From: an uncultured Acidobacteriota bacterium
GTDB taxonomy: Bacteria; Acidobacteriota; Thermoanaerobaculia; Gp7-AA8
Reading direction: 5' to 3'
Length of the DNA stretch: 64,000 nucleotides
Assembly (NCBI GenBank): GCA_963741955.1
Contig: CAVUKB010000007.1
Span: forward strand, 672,001 to 736,000
A program made the translations under genes and the position numbers. Below the pieces are notes generated by a model, which saw only the letters and a program-made list of their open reading frames with translations, made no database searches and was not told the DNA's origin. Every line of letters begins with the position of its first letter. Positions within the stretch are counted from its first letter, which is position 1. Below, one piece after another: positions 11,201 to 20,459 of this stretch.

Positions 11201-12738
11201 TCCCCATTCCGGCGGGGATTCCGGAGCGCTTCCTCCTCCCGGTGCCGGATCCGCTCGGGGATCTGGTTCTCCGCTACGCGCGGACGCACGGGCCCTTCAC
11301 CGCCGGTGAGCTCGCGGCCCGGCTCGGGCTGACCCGCGCGGTGGCCGACCTCGCGCTCGCGCCTCTGGTGGAGAGCGGCCGGCTGGTGGAGGGAGAGTTC
11401 CGCCCTCGGGGGTCAGGTCATGAGTTATGCGAGCGCGAGATCCTGCGCCGGATCCGGCGCAGGACGCTCGCTGCACTGCGAAAGGAGATCGAGCCGGTCG
11501 CCCCATCGATCTTCGGACGATTCGAGACGGCATGGCATGGCGTGATGGAGAAGCGGAGCGGGATGAGCGCGGTCCTGGAGACGCTCGAGATGCTGCAGGG
11601 ATATCCGATCGCCGCGTCGATTCTGGAGAGCGAAATCCTCTCCTCGCGCATCGCCGGGTATGACGAGACTCAGCTCGATCGCCTCGCCGCGGCGGGAGAG
11701 CTCGTCTGGATCGGCACCGAGCCTCTCGGTGAGAAGGACGGACGGGTCGCGCTCTACTTCACCGATCATCTCCCGCTCCTCCACGAGCCGCGGCCGGCGG
11801 AAGACCTGACCCCGCGCGAGACCGCGGTGGTCGAGCTGCTCCGGAGGAGGGGAGCGTCGTTCTTCCGCGCCATTCACGAGGCGTGCGGCGGCGGATTCGA
11901 GAACGACACCGTCGACGCGGTCTGGAACCTGGTCTGGAAAGGCCTGGTCACGAACGACACTCTCGAGCCGCTGCGCGCGTTCACCCGTCCTCCGCGACGA
12001 CGCCGGCGCGCCGACTTTCGAAGCCGCCTCGACGTGCCGCCAGCGGTGGTGGGGCGCTGGTCCCTCGTCGAACAACTGATCGGGCGCGACGTTTCACGCA
12101 CCGAGAGGATGACCGCCGTCGCGCAGCAGCTCCTCGCGCGCTACGGTGTGGTAACGAGGGAGAGCGGCGCTGCGGAGTCCATTCCCGGAGGATTCTCCGC
12201 GGTCTACGACCTCCTCAAGCAGATGGAAGAGCGCGGCCGGGTGCGCCGCGGCTACTTCATCGCCGGCGTCGCGGCGACGCAGTTCGCCCTCCCCCCCGCG
12301 CTCGACCGGCTGCGCGCGGCGAAGAGTCAGCCCGACCAGCCGGAGTCGGTGATCCTCGCCGCGACCGATCCTGCCAATCCATACGGCAGCCTTCTTCCCT
12401 GGCCGGAGAGCGGGCGCCAGCTTTCCCGTTCCGTCGGCGCGCGGGTGATCCTGGTCGACGGTGCGCTCGCTCTCTACGTCTCGCGCGGGGAGGGACAGAT
12501 GCTCGCATTTCTCCCCGAGGACGAGCCGGACCGCGGACGGACGGCGGCAGCGGTCGCGAGGGAGCTCGCGCGCTGGGTCGAAGAATCGGGCCGCCGGACA
12601 CTCCTGATCCCGCAGATCGATGAGAAGCCCGCCGGGGACCATCCGCTCGCAGCGGCACTGATCGAAGAGGGGTTCGTCGCTACCGCCATGGGGCTGCAGT
12701 TCCGCAGAGGGTTCGCGTCCGGAGTGCGTCATGCCTGA
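8248..12738 (+). CDS. lhr: Lhr ATP-dependent helicase, long form; start uncertain (8152 or 8248)
   Basis: APTGSGKT, SPLKAL, DEIH, SAT, HHGSL, TSSLELGID, QRIGRAGH, GTIPD; about 1500 aa with C-terminal domain (ATDPANPYG). Confidence 0.93.
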   Translation: MSQKSHDRGRERIFHPAVTEWFEASFSAPTEAQRLGWQAIAAGESTLISAPTGSGKTLAAFLWSIERLMFSPAPAKERRCRVVYVSPLKALAVDVERNLRAPAAGIARIASARGESCIPPTIAVRTGDTPSRERAAFQRRPADILITTPESLYLLLTSKAREVLRSVDTIIIDEIHALVPTKRGSHLALSVERLEELADAPLQRIGLSATQRPLEEVARFLGGTTIASDDAEDAAVRFRPVTIIESGEKKKLQLEVEVPVDDMSNLGEVIEIPSGSASQPVVRSSIWPAIHPRLLELIHAHRSTLIFVNSRRLAERLAAALNELAGEIVAHAHHGSLARPQRIEIEDRLKSGELPALVATSSLELGIDMGAIDLVIQIEAPPSVASGMQRIGRAGHHVGSPSEGTIFPKHRADLLACAAVTRAMHRGEIEPIRYPRNPLDVLAQQIVAIVAMEERELDSLYQLVRRAAPFARLTRNTFEGVLDMLAGVYPAEDFAELRARINWDRLSNLISARAGARNLAVVNGGTIPDRGLYGVFLAGAEKGAARVGELDEEMVFESESGETFVLGASTWRIEEITHDRVIVSPAPGQPGKVPFWHGDGAGRSYEFGVAIGALTRTLSTEPPDRVQRTLVDEHDLDARAAANLLQFVADQRSATEAVPDDRTVVIERCIDELGDWRLCILSPFGARVHAPWAMAAVAKAREQRGIDVEAMWSDEGLVLRFPETEEPPDSVIVVPEPDELEPLLMRQLGGSSLFASRFREAAARALLLPRRRPGARAPLWQQRKRAHGLLQVAARFGSFPIILEAYRECLQDVFDLGALRQVIGGISNRSIRIATVDTDQPSPFAASILFRYVANYIYDGDAPLAERRAQALALDQSQLRELLGEAELRDLLDEDVIAETGYELQCLAPERKAKNTDGVHDLLVRLGALSHQEIEERSMIAPIDDVLADLLRARRIISIGGTHGEAGERFIAVEDAARYRDALGIPIPAGIPERFLLPVPDPLGDLVLRYARTHGPFTAGELAARLGLTRAVADLALAPLVESGRLVEGEFRPRGSGHELCEREILRRIRRRTLAALRKEIEPVAPSIFGRFETAWHGVMEKRSGMSAVLETLEMLQGYPIAASILESEILSSRIAGYDETQLDRLAAAGELVWIGTEPLGEKDGRVALYFTDHLPLLHEPRPAEDLTPRETAVVELLRRRGASFFRAIHEACGGGFENDTVDAVWNLVWKGLVTNDTLEPLRAFTRPPRRRRRADFRSRLDVPPAVVGRWSLVEQLIGRDVSRTERMTAVAQQLLARYGVVTRESGAAESIPGGFSAVYDLLKQMEERGRVRRGYFIAGVAATQFALPPALDRLRAAKSQPDQPESVILAATDPANPYGSLLPWPESGRQLSRSVGARVILVDGALALYVSRGEGQMLAFLPEDEPDRGRTAAAVARELARWVEESGRRTLLIPQIDEKPAGDHPLAAALIEEGFVATAMGLQFRRGFASGVRHA

Positions 12739-13561
12739 GGGCGACACCATCTTCCGTGCCGCGCGCACCCTGCAGCTCGCATTGGGCGGGAAGAGCGTGA
12801 CTGATTTCCAGACCGTCCTCCCGGCGCTCTCCCGGATCGACGAGGACGAACCGCTCCGCGGGAGAACGGTGCTGCGGGTCGAGCCGCGAGGGAAGAACCT
12901 CCTGATCCACTTGTCAGGAGACCTGACCCTCTACAGCCATCTCAGAATGAATGGCGCCTGGCACGTCTACCGGAGCGGAGAGCGGTGGCAGCGGAGAAGC
13001 GACGACATGCGGGTGGTGATCGGAACGGAGGAGTGGAGCGCGGTCGGCTTCCGCATTCCGGTCCTGGAGTTCCGCCGCACCACGGAACTCGCGCGGCACC
13101 CCGTTCTTCGCGCCCTGGGGCCGGACCTTCTCGGCGACGAGCCGGACGTCGACGCTGCGCTGGCGAACCTCCGTGCACGAGCCGAGGTGGTGATCGCGGA
13201 CGCCCTTCTCGACCAGCACGTGGCGGCGGGAATCGGGAACGTCTTCAAATCCGAAGTTCTCTTCGTGCGTGGCGTGGCTCCGCAGCGCCGGGTGGCGGAT
13301 CTCTCCGAAGAGCAGCTGCGCGGCCTTCTGGAGACCGCGCGAAAGATGCTCCGGTCCAACGTCTCCGACCGGACCGACGGACGTCTGGTGTACGGCGGAC
13401 CGCGCCGCACCGCCGGAGGGCTCCGGCCGACGGAGAGACTGTGGGTGTACGGTCGCCGCGATCGTCCCTGCCGCCGCTGTGGCACTCCGATCGCTTGGCA
13501 GCGCCTCGGCCGCGACGCCCGATCGACCTACTGGTGCCCTCGCTGCCAGCCGGACGGGTGA
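12731..13561 (+). CDS. nei: Fpg/Nei-family DNA glycosylase (Nei2-like)
   Basis: N-terminal PEG, GKNL, HLRMNG, AGIGNVFKSE, zinc finger CRRC...CPRCQ; overlaps the lhr stop. Confidence 0.92.
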   Translation: MPEGDTIFRAARTLQLALGGKSVTDFQTVLPALSRIDEDEPLRGRTVLRVEPRGKNLLIHLSGDLTLYSHLRMNGAWHVYRSGERWQRRSDDMRVVIGTEEWSAVGFRIPVLEFRRTTELARHPVLRALGPDLLGDEPDVDAALANLRARAEVVIADALLDQHVAAGIGNVFKSEVLFVRGVAPQRRVADLSEEQLRGLLETARKMLRSNVSDRTDGRLVYGGPRRTAGGLRPTERLWVYGRRDRPCRRCGTPIAWQRLGRDARSTYWCPRCQPDG

Positions 13562-13737
13562 CCGCGCGTCGCCGAGCAACCGAACGACGAGCGAGAGCTT
13601 GTCGCCTGCGCCCGATCGGAGCTCACCGATGAAGGCGTCACGTTCCGTCGTTCCACCGAGGCACGCGGGTGCGTGATTGCGATCACGGACATGCATCGTC
13701 CGACAGATCGAGTCTGGCCAGACGGGAGACGTTGCTC

Positions 13738-15024
13738 ATGAGAACGCTTGCCTTCCTTCGACCGTGGATGCTCCTCACCCGGACGATCCTCGTCGTCCTG
13801 ATCGCCCTCGCCTCGACGACCACGATCGTCGGCCGGGCCGTCGCTTCGGACTGGCAGGAGGATCTCGATCGTCTGGCTAAGGAGTTGCCCGCCCGGCACG
13901 CCAACGCGTTCTTCCACGTGAGCGAGGAAGACTTCGATGCCGCCGTTGCAGCGCTGGGTCACGACATTCCCTCGCTGACCGACGCACAGATCGTGGTCCG
14001 CTTGATGCGTCTGGTGGGGATGATCGGCGACAGCCATACGACCGTCAGTGGATACGGATTCCGTCGGCTTCCAATCGATCTCGAATGGTTCCCCGATGGG
14101 ATCTACGTGGTCCGTGCGACGGACGAGCATAGGGACCTGCTTGGTTCGCGTCTGATCGCGATTGATGAGACTCCGATCGATGAAGCCGAGTCTCTCGTCG
14201 GTGCAGTGATTCCGCACGAGAATCAGGAATGGCTTCGGGCTCGAATTACCGAATTTCTCATTCTGCCGGAGGTTCTCCAGGCGACGGGTGTGAGCGCCAC
14301 TGTCGAGAGTACGAGCGTCGAGCTGGAGACGCGCGGGGGCCAGCGTGTCGAACGGCTCCTCCGTCCACTCGCTGCTTCGTGGAACGGTCCGTGGCGGACC
14401 CTCCCGGATCCCTCGTGGACGCGATTGCCGCTGTACCGGACGAATCCCGCTCTGAACTACTGGTACGTGTACCTCCCGGAGAAGAGGGCGATCTATCTGA
14501 AGTACAACGTGTGCCGGGATACGCCGTCCCATCCCTTCAACAGCGTCGGGGAGGAACTGATGCAGCTGATGGCGACCGAGCCGGTGGAGAAGCTCGTCCT
14601 CGACATGCGGGACAACGGCGGAGGGGACTCCCGAGTGCTGCAGCCGCTGATCAGCGGAATCCAGTCGTTCACGGAGCTCAACCGGCCGGATCGCTTCTTC
14701 GTCGTCACCGGCCGGAGTACGTTTTCCTCTGCGATGATCAACGCCATCGAGCTTCGGAAGCAGACCAACGCAACTTTTGTCGGCGAGCCGACCGGTGGAA
14801 AGCCGAATTCGTATGGAGAGGTCCTGAGTTTCACGCTCCCTCATTCGGGGCTTCGCATCACGTATTCGACGCGTTACTTCGAGATGCTTCCCGGCGAGAA
14901 TCCGCCGTCCTTCGAACCTGATCTCGAGATTCGCACGTCGGCGAAAGAGTATTTCGCGGGTCGGGATGCGGTGATGGAGTGGATCTTCCCTCCGCCGCCC
15001 CGGCACCGTGCCGTCTCCCGCTGA
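13738..15024 (+). CDS. Secreted S41-family peptidase-like protein
   Basis: Signal-like N-terminus; GDSHT, LDMRDNGGG, TFSSA, VGEPTGG, EPD. Confidence 0.8.
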   Translation: MRTLAFLRPWMLLTRTILVVLIALASTTTIVGRAVASDWQEDLDRLAKELPARHANAFFHVSEEDFDAAVAALGHDIPSLTDAQIVVRLMRLVGMIGDSHTTVSGYGFRRLPIDLEWFPDGIYVVRATDEHRDLLGSRLIAIDETPIDEAESLVGAVIPHENQEWLRARITEFLILPEVLQATGVSATVESTSVELETRGGQRVERLLRPLAASWNGPWRTLPDPSWTRLPLYRTNPALNYWYVYLPEKRAIYLKYNVCRDTPSHPFNSVGEELMQLMATEPVEKLVLDMRDNGGGDSRVLQPLISGIQSFTELNRPDRFFVVTGRSTFSSAMINAIELRKQTNATFVGEPTGGKPNSYGEVLSFTLPHSGLRITYSTRYFEMLPGENPPSFEPDLEIRTSAKEYFAGRDAVMEWIFPPPPRHRAVSR

Positions 15025-15174
15025 GGATGGAGCCGACCTGGACTTCTCTCCCTCTCTCTGTCGTGCGCCCTCTCTTGTTGGGCTCCGCGACGGTCATCCC
15101 GATGCCTGCGTCGACGGAGCTGTGTGCGCGTTGGCTCCGGGCGACGCGCGCGTCTGAGGTATCATGAGAGCACC

Positions 15175-16077
15175 TTGAAACGCCTCCTCTCGGGGATCTT
15201 TCTCGCCCTGGTGGCGCCGGTTGGACTCTTCGCGCAGAGCCTGCCACTCGGCGACGGACATGTCTCCGACCATCCCGCGGTGGGCAACGTCTATTCCTGC
15301 CGGACCATTTTCCGCGGCGGTGGCGCGCGCCACGACGGTCCCTGGTTTCACGGTGACAGCTGGAACCCTCTCGAGAAGCCGCACGTGGAAGGCCATCTCC
15401 TCTGGCCCGAGGCGAAGTTCACTTTCACACTCCACGGGAACGCTTTCACATTCCTCGGCAATGGACTTCCCGTCGAGGAGCCGACCGGAATCTTTCCCAT
15501 CCTTCGAAGCGATCCTGCGTATCAGTTCGACACCAACCCGAATCGCATTGCGGCACAGAATCTGTCGTTCGAGATTCCCGCTCATCCTCTGCTCGCCGAC
15601 GAGCCGGGATGTCTGCCGATGGGAATGATCGGGTTCACGGTGAGTGGAGTCGCCCTCTACAACGCACTCGACGACGCCGGTCGCGACGCAGCGGCTCACG
15701 AAATACAGGACGACTGCGACGGACACCCTCAGGCGAATTCGCAGTACCACTATCACAACGCGTCGCCGTGCATTCCGGGTGTGGAAACGAGCGGGTTGGT
15801 CGGATGGGCCCTGGACGGTTTTCCGATCCTCGGGCTGAAGGACGCCGTTGGAAACGACCTGACGGATGGCGATCTCGATGCCTGCCACGGACGCCGCGAG
15901 ACCGTCATGGTCGAAGGACGCACATACCCTTACGCCTACCACATGACCCGCGAGTATCCGTACACGCTCGGCTGCTTTGCCGGCGCACTTCTCGAGAACA
16001 CTCTCCAGGATATTCGCGATGGCCTCCAGCCGCCGGTCGTCCATCGACGGCGCGGGATTCGACCGGTACATCGCTGA
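15175..16077 (+). CDS. Secreted YHYH-domain protein
   Basis: TTG start with signal peptide; DDCDGHP..QYHYH, GWALDGFPI, LDACHG, YAYH..EYPY..GCF. Confidence 0.85.
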   Translation: MKRLLSGIFLALVAPVGLFAQSLPLGDGHVSDHPAVGNVYSCRTIFRGGGARHDGPWFHGDSWNPLEKPHVEGHLLWPEAKFTFTLHGNAFTFLGNGLPVEEPTGIFPILRSDPAYQFDTNPNRIAAQNLSFEIPAHPLLADEPGCLPMGMIGFTVSGVALYNALDDAGRDAAAHEIQDDCDGHPQANSQYHYHNASPCIPGVETSGLVGWALDGFPILGLKDAVGNDLTDGDLDACHGRRETVMVEGRTYPYAYHMTREYPYTLGCFAGALLENTLQDIRDGLQPPVVHRRRGIRPVHR

Positions 16078-16264
16078 GGCGTGGACGGGATCTCGGAGAT
16101 CCCGAGAAGCTCGAGCTCACGGCTCGCTCCTTTCGGCGCGACGTTCCGGGATATTCGTGGGAGGAAAGTGCAGCCGGACCGCTGACCCGGCGGGGGAGAT
16201 CATCGTCTTTCCCGTCGGAACGCGGTCAGGCACGACGCGAGCTGCGCGGCCGCTGTGGCAGAGA

Positions 16265-16747
16265 TCAGGAATCTTCGCCGTTGCGGATCTGCTGGGCGAG
16301 ATAGTTCGCGATCCCGACCTGCTTGATCTGGTCGAGTTGCGCCTCGATCCAGTCGACGTGCTCTTCTTCTTCCTCGAGGATCTCTTCCAGGAGATGCCTG
16401 GTGTTGTGGTCGCCGGATTCGTGGCAGCTCTCGATTCCCTTCCTGAGTCTGGGGAGCGCGTCCATTTCGAGAGCGAGATCGACTTTGAGCTGTTCCTCAA
16501 CGCTCTCGCCGATGTTGATCTTTCCAAGCTTCTGGACGTTCGGGATTCCTTCCAGAAAGAGAATCCTCTCGATCACCTGCTCGGCGTGTTTCATCTCGCC
16601 GATGGAGTGAGCCCGGATCGCGTGCTGGAGCCGCTCGTAGCCCCAGTTCTCGCACATCTCACTGTGGACGAAGTACTGGTTGATCGCCGTGAGCTCCGCC
16701 GTGAGAACGTCGTTCAGAATGGAGATGACCTCTTTCGTGCCCTTCAT
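16265..16747 (-). CDS. bfr: Bacterioferritin
   Basis: ELTAINQYFVH, EMKHA, ERILFLEGIPN, EEEHVDWIE. Confidence 0.96.
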   Translation of the reverse strand: MKGTKEVISILNDVLTAELTAINQYFVHSEMCENWGYERLQHAIRAHSIGEMKHAEQVIERILFLEGIPNVQKLGKINIGESVEEQLKVDLALEMDALPRLRKGIESCHESGDHNTRHLLEEILEEEEEHVDWIEAQLDQIKQVGIANYLAQQIRNGEDS

Positions 16748-16773
16748 TGATTTCCTCCCACCTGAATGGCCTT

Positions 16774-16947
16774 GCCCGCATTTCTCACATCGTCTCTGCT
16801 GCGGCGCCGGATAGCGGCCTGTCTGCTACGTTGCGCCCGGCTTCGGCTCCTCGACATCCACTATGCCTTCGTTGCCGAAGCCGGGCGCGCCTTGCATCCA
16901 GGCCACTCTCCGCCTCCTCGCGACGAGACGGTGTGAGAAATGCGGGC
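16774..16947. mobile_element. MITE-like element, copy 1 (16-bp terminal inverted repeats)
   Basis: GCCCGCATTTCTCACA...TGTGAGAAATGCGGGC; internal 15-bp stem; related copies at about 37027, 47215, 51625. Confidence 0.8.
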
Positions 16948-17119
16948 CAGGAGTCTGCGCGGTAGAAACTGTCCTACTGCGAAAGCGGATCAACGGTCCA
17001 AATCCGCCCGGATTTTCGGCGAGTAGCCACCGCTACGCACCTCATATCCGAACGAATTTGGCCTCGGTGCTCCGCTTTCTCGCTACGGACGTTTCTATCG
17101 CGCAAACTCCTAGAGGCTA

Positions 17120-17344
17120 TCACAGCGTAGGGAGAGGTGAGGTGGCCGCTTCACTGTCCCGGCCGCCGGGCGGCGCGGGCGCAGCCGCGGTCGCTCTGGC
17201 GAGCATCTGGCGCAGCATGTCGTGGCAGGAACCGCACTCGGTGCCGATGCCGCATCGACGGAGATCGCTCACGGAGCGGGCTCCCTCCTCGATCGCTTCG
17301 AGGACATCACGGTCGGATTTTGCGCGGCAGAGACAGACGATCAA
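17120..17344 (-). CDS. bfd: Bacterioferritin-associated ferredoxin
   Basis: IVCLC...GTECGSC; AGGAG RBS, TTG start; upstream of bfr. Confidence 0.9.
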   Translation of the reverse strand: MIVCLCRAKSDRDVLEAIEEGARSVSDLRRCGIGTECGSCHDMLRQMLARATAAAPAPPGGRDSEAATSPLPTL

Positions 17345-17360
17345 AGACGGCTCCTTCGCT

Positions 17361-17383
17361 CAATTGAGACCTTATCTCAATTG
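17361..17383. promoter_or_regulatory. Fur-box-like palindrome upstream of bfd
   Basis: Perfect 9-5-9 palindrome CAATTGAGA-CCTTA-TCTCAATTG immediately 5' of the bfd RBS. Confidence 0.7.
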
Positions 17384-17495
17384 GCCGTCTCTCACAACCC
17401 GCCGCCCGCTTCGGTTCTTCCCGCGCTCCCGATTTCGAGGCGCGCCCGTCGGCAGCACCGTCGAGCTTCGGCTTCCAGCCGGCCGCGCGGAGTGG

Positions 17496-18887
17496 TCATG
17501 AATCGAGTCTCATGAAAAGGTTGTTCAGCGACTCGCTGAGCGTCGGATGGGCGAAGATGGCTTCCCGGATGGCCGGGTACTCGAGGCCGCCAATCATCGC
17601 GGTCTGCAGGACCGACATTACTTCACCCCCTTCCACGCCCAGGATGGCGCAGCCGAGAATCTCTCGCGTCTTCTCATCCACCACGGCCTTCATGAATCCG
17701 CGGGTCTCGTCCATCTCGATGGCCCGCGCGACATGTGTCATCGGGAGCTTTGCCACGCGGAACGGGCGGCCGCTCCTCTCCGCTTCCGTTTCGCTCATTC
17801 CCACCCGCCCCAGTTGCGGATCGATGAAGACGGTATACGGCACGAGCCGGCCGGCCGTGGTTGCGGATCCTCCGCTCAGGAGGTTCTCCCGCACGATCCG
17901 ATAATCGTCGTAGGAGATGTGCGTGAACGCGGGACCGCCGTTGACGTCGCCGAGCGCGTAGACGTCCGGCGCGGTCGTGGCGAGGCGCGAATCGACGCGT
18001 ATGAAGCCGCGGGTGTCGGTCTCGATCCCGCCGAGGTCCGCGCGCAGGTCGTCGGTATTGGGATTGCGCCCGGTTGCGACGAGGAGATGGGAGCCCTCGA
18101 GCTGGCGAGGTCCTCCGGGTGTCGAGACCTGCATTCGCAGCGCTCCACCCTCTGAATCGACGCCCGTGGCCCGGGAGCTCAGAAGCACTTCGATTCCATC
18201 TTCCTGGAGAATCTCTCGCACGGCCTCGGCCACGTCAGCGTCCTCACGGGTAAGCAGCTGGGCATTCTGTTGAATGATCGTCACCTCGGATCCGAACCGT
18301 CTGAACATCTGTCCGAATTCGAGACCCACGTAGCCGCCGCCCAGTACCAGAAGGTGTCGTGGCACATGTTCTAGCTCCATGATCGAGGTGTTGTCGAGAA
18401 ATGGGACGCCAGCGAGCCCCGGCAGCGAAGGGACGGAAGCCCGGGTACCGGTGTTGATGAAGACATGGCCCCCGTGGAGGCGGCGGGTACCGCCGCCCGA
18501 CAGCTCGACGACGATCTCCTTCTCTCCCGAAAATCGGCCTTCCCCCCGAATCAGCTCGACGCCGGGCGTCGTCTCGAGGCTCCTCTCGATCCCGTCTCGG
18601 AAACTCGTGACGACGCGCTCTTTTCTGAGCCTGATCGCGGCGAGATCGACCGCAACTGGTCCGGTCGAGATCCCATAGTCCGCCGCCCGCCGAGCGAGAT
18701 GCGCAACACGGGCGCTCGCCACCATCGTCTTGGTCGGCGTGCAGCCGAAGTTCACGCAACTGCCGCCGACTGCATCACGCTCGATGACGGCCACACTCCA
18801 TCCCGCGCGAGCGAGGGCCACCGCGAGCGGTTTTCCAGCCTGCCCGGTGCCGATGATCACCGCGTCCCGTTCTTCTGTCACGGACAT
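17496..18887 (-). CDS. Pyridine nucleotide-disulfide oxidoreductase (RclA/YkgC-like, 'mercuric reductase' family)
   Basis: [46 protein letters not shown]; no C-terminal Cys pair. Confidence 0.9.
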   Translation of the reverse strand: MSVTEERDAVIIGTGQAGKPLAVALARAGWSVAVIERDAVGGSCVNFGCTPTKTMVASARVAHLARRAADYGISTGPVAVDLAAIRLRKERVVTSFRDGIERSLETTPGVELIRGEGRFSGEKEIVVELSGGGTRRLHGGHVFINTGTRASVPSLPGLAGVPFLDNTSIMELEHVPRHLLVLGGGYVGLEFGQMFRRFGSEVTIIQQNAQLLTREDADVAEAVREILQEDGIEVLLSSRATGVDSEGGALRMQVSTPGGPRQLEGSHLLVATGRNPNTDDLRADLGGIETDTRGFIRVDSRLATTAPDVYALGDVNGGPAFTHISYDDYRIVRENLLSGGSATTAGRLVPYTVFIDPQLGRVGMSETEAERSGRPFRVAKLPMTHVARAIEMDETRGFMKAVVDEKTREILGCAILGVEGGEVMSVLQTAMIGGLEYPAIREAIFAHPTLSESLNNLFMRLDS

Positions 18888-19280
18888 CCGTCTCTCTCCT
18901 TCTCTGATTCCGATTGCCCCTGGTGATGGAGATGGGCGGCACGCGCTCGTCCCGCCGATGTGGCATTCCGGAACAATGTTAGTGAGTGCAGCAAGGAGAG
19001 CAACTCTTACATCCGATCCGAAGAGAGGACCGGCGAGAGCTGGAGGAGAGCGCACCCTTGCATGCGAGTCCTGTCGGTGCCGAGGCCGTGAGGAGTTCGC
19101 AGATCGTGCGACGCATGCGCAGTGCTTCGCGGTTCCTCACATCGCGTGCTTCGAAAGGGAGGAGAGGGTCTTCCGCTCACGGAGTCGTTCGCGACGGTCC
19201 CGGATACGTGCAGCTTCTTCGGGCTGGGAAGCTGGCCGATGCCTCGATCCCGATGAGGAAATATCCACGGCCTCGTATCA

Positions 19281-19326
19281 CTCGCTCGTCGCTCGCCTCT
19301 CGTCGCTCGTCGCTCGTCGCTCGCCT
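19281..19326. repeat. Short heptamer tandem repeat (TCGTCGC-like)
   Basis: ctcgctcgtcgctcgcctctcgtcgctcgtcgctcgtcgctcgcc just after the response regulator stop. Confidence 0.6.
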
Positions 19327-19700
19327 CACGCGACCGCTTCGTGCACCTCACCGATCGCGAGCTGCAGTTTCTGCGGTGTCATCGGCTTGAAGAGATAACA
19401 GTCGATCCCGTACTTCAGTTTCGCGTATTTCTGGTACTGGTTCTTCTTGTAGATGGCGGTCATCAGAGCGATTCGTGGATGATAGTCGTCTCTCCGCGTT
19501 CGGAGATGACGGGCGATCTCGAATCCATGCATCTCGGGAAGAAGCCCGTCGAGGATGATCACGGGGGGGTGGTGAATCTCGGCGAGGCGGATCGCCTCCA
19601 GGCCGGTACGGGCGGTGATGGGCGAGTGGCCCATCGATTCGAGCATCTGAGTGAGCGTCTGGCGAACTCGGTTATCGTCATCGACGACTAGAATGTCCAT
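19326..19700 (-). CDS. Single-domain response regulator
   Basis: ILVVDDD, ILDGLLPEMHGFE, MTA, LFKP. Confidence 0.9.
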   Translation of the reverse strand: MDILVVDDDNRVRQTLTQMLESMGHSPITARTGLEAIRLAEIHHPPVIILDGLLPEMHGFEIARHLRTRRDDYHPRIALMTAIYKKNQYQKYAKLKYGIDCYLFKPMTPQKLQLAIGEVHEAVA

Positions 19701-19775
19701 TGATCTCGGCTCCTGAGCTTCAGTCCGCCACGGGTGGTGAAAAATACAGAAGCAAGGGAGCCGGTCGGGAGCTCG

Positions 19776-20459
19776 ATGACGATCACGCACGAAGACGTCG
19801 GAATTCTCCTCTTCACCCTCGAGGCTGCAGCGGTCGCGACGGTGCTGATCTTCCCGCTCGCGCTCGTCCTCGCGGGGGGAATGCGGAAGCTCCCGTCCGC
19901 GGTGCGGCCGTTCGCGGAGGCCGTCCTCTCGCTTCCGCTGGTGCTGCCGCCCACCGCGGTGGGCTTTCTTCTACTCGTCATCCTCTCGCGACGCGGCTCG
20001 GTCGGCGCGCTTCTCGAGCGTGCGGGGATCGAGATCGTCTTCACGCCCGCGGCAGTAGTGATCGCGGCGGCAGTGATGGCGTTCCCGCTCATGTTCCGCT
20101 CCTTCCGCGTTGCGATCGACGCGGCGGAGTTCCGCTACTTCGACATCGCCCGGACTCTCGGCGCCGGCCCGGTGAAGGCGTTCGTTCGCGTGGTCCTTCC
20201 GCTCTCGTGGCGGGGACTCCTCGCCGGTGTGGTCCTCGCGTACTGCCGCGCGATTGGAGAATTCGGTGCGACCATGCTCATCGCCGGCAACATCCCCGGC
20301 CGCACGCAGACCATCGCTCTCGGTATTTTCCAGCGGGTCGAGAGCGGTCATGAAGAGAAAGCGGTGATCCTTCTCCTCTTTGCGGTCGCCATCGCGCTCG
20401 GCGCGATGGCAGCGAGCGAATGGCTGATGCGGAGCCATCAGAGGAGAGTGAGCCGGTGA
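19776..20459 (+). CDS. modB: Molybdate ABC transporter permease
   Basis: LPLVLPPTAVGF, ARTLGA, RAIGEFGAT..AGNIPGRTQT. Confidence 0.93.
   Translation: MTITHEDVGILLFTLEAAAVATVLIFPLALVLAGGMRKLPSAVRPFAEAVLSLPLVLPPTAVGFLLLVILSRRGSVGALLERAGIEIVFTPAAVVIAAAVMAFPLMFRSFRVAIDAAEFRYFDIARTLGAGPVKAFVRVVLPLSWRGLLAGVVLAYCRAIGEFGATMLIAGNIPGRTQTIALGIFQRVESGHEEKAVILLLFAVAIALGAMAASEWLMRSHQRRVSR

Noticed and set aside
17496-18887. True mercuric reductase MerA
   Set aside because: It lacks the C-terminal Cys-Cys pair and NmerA domain, and no mer operon is present.
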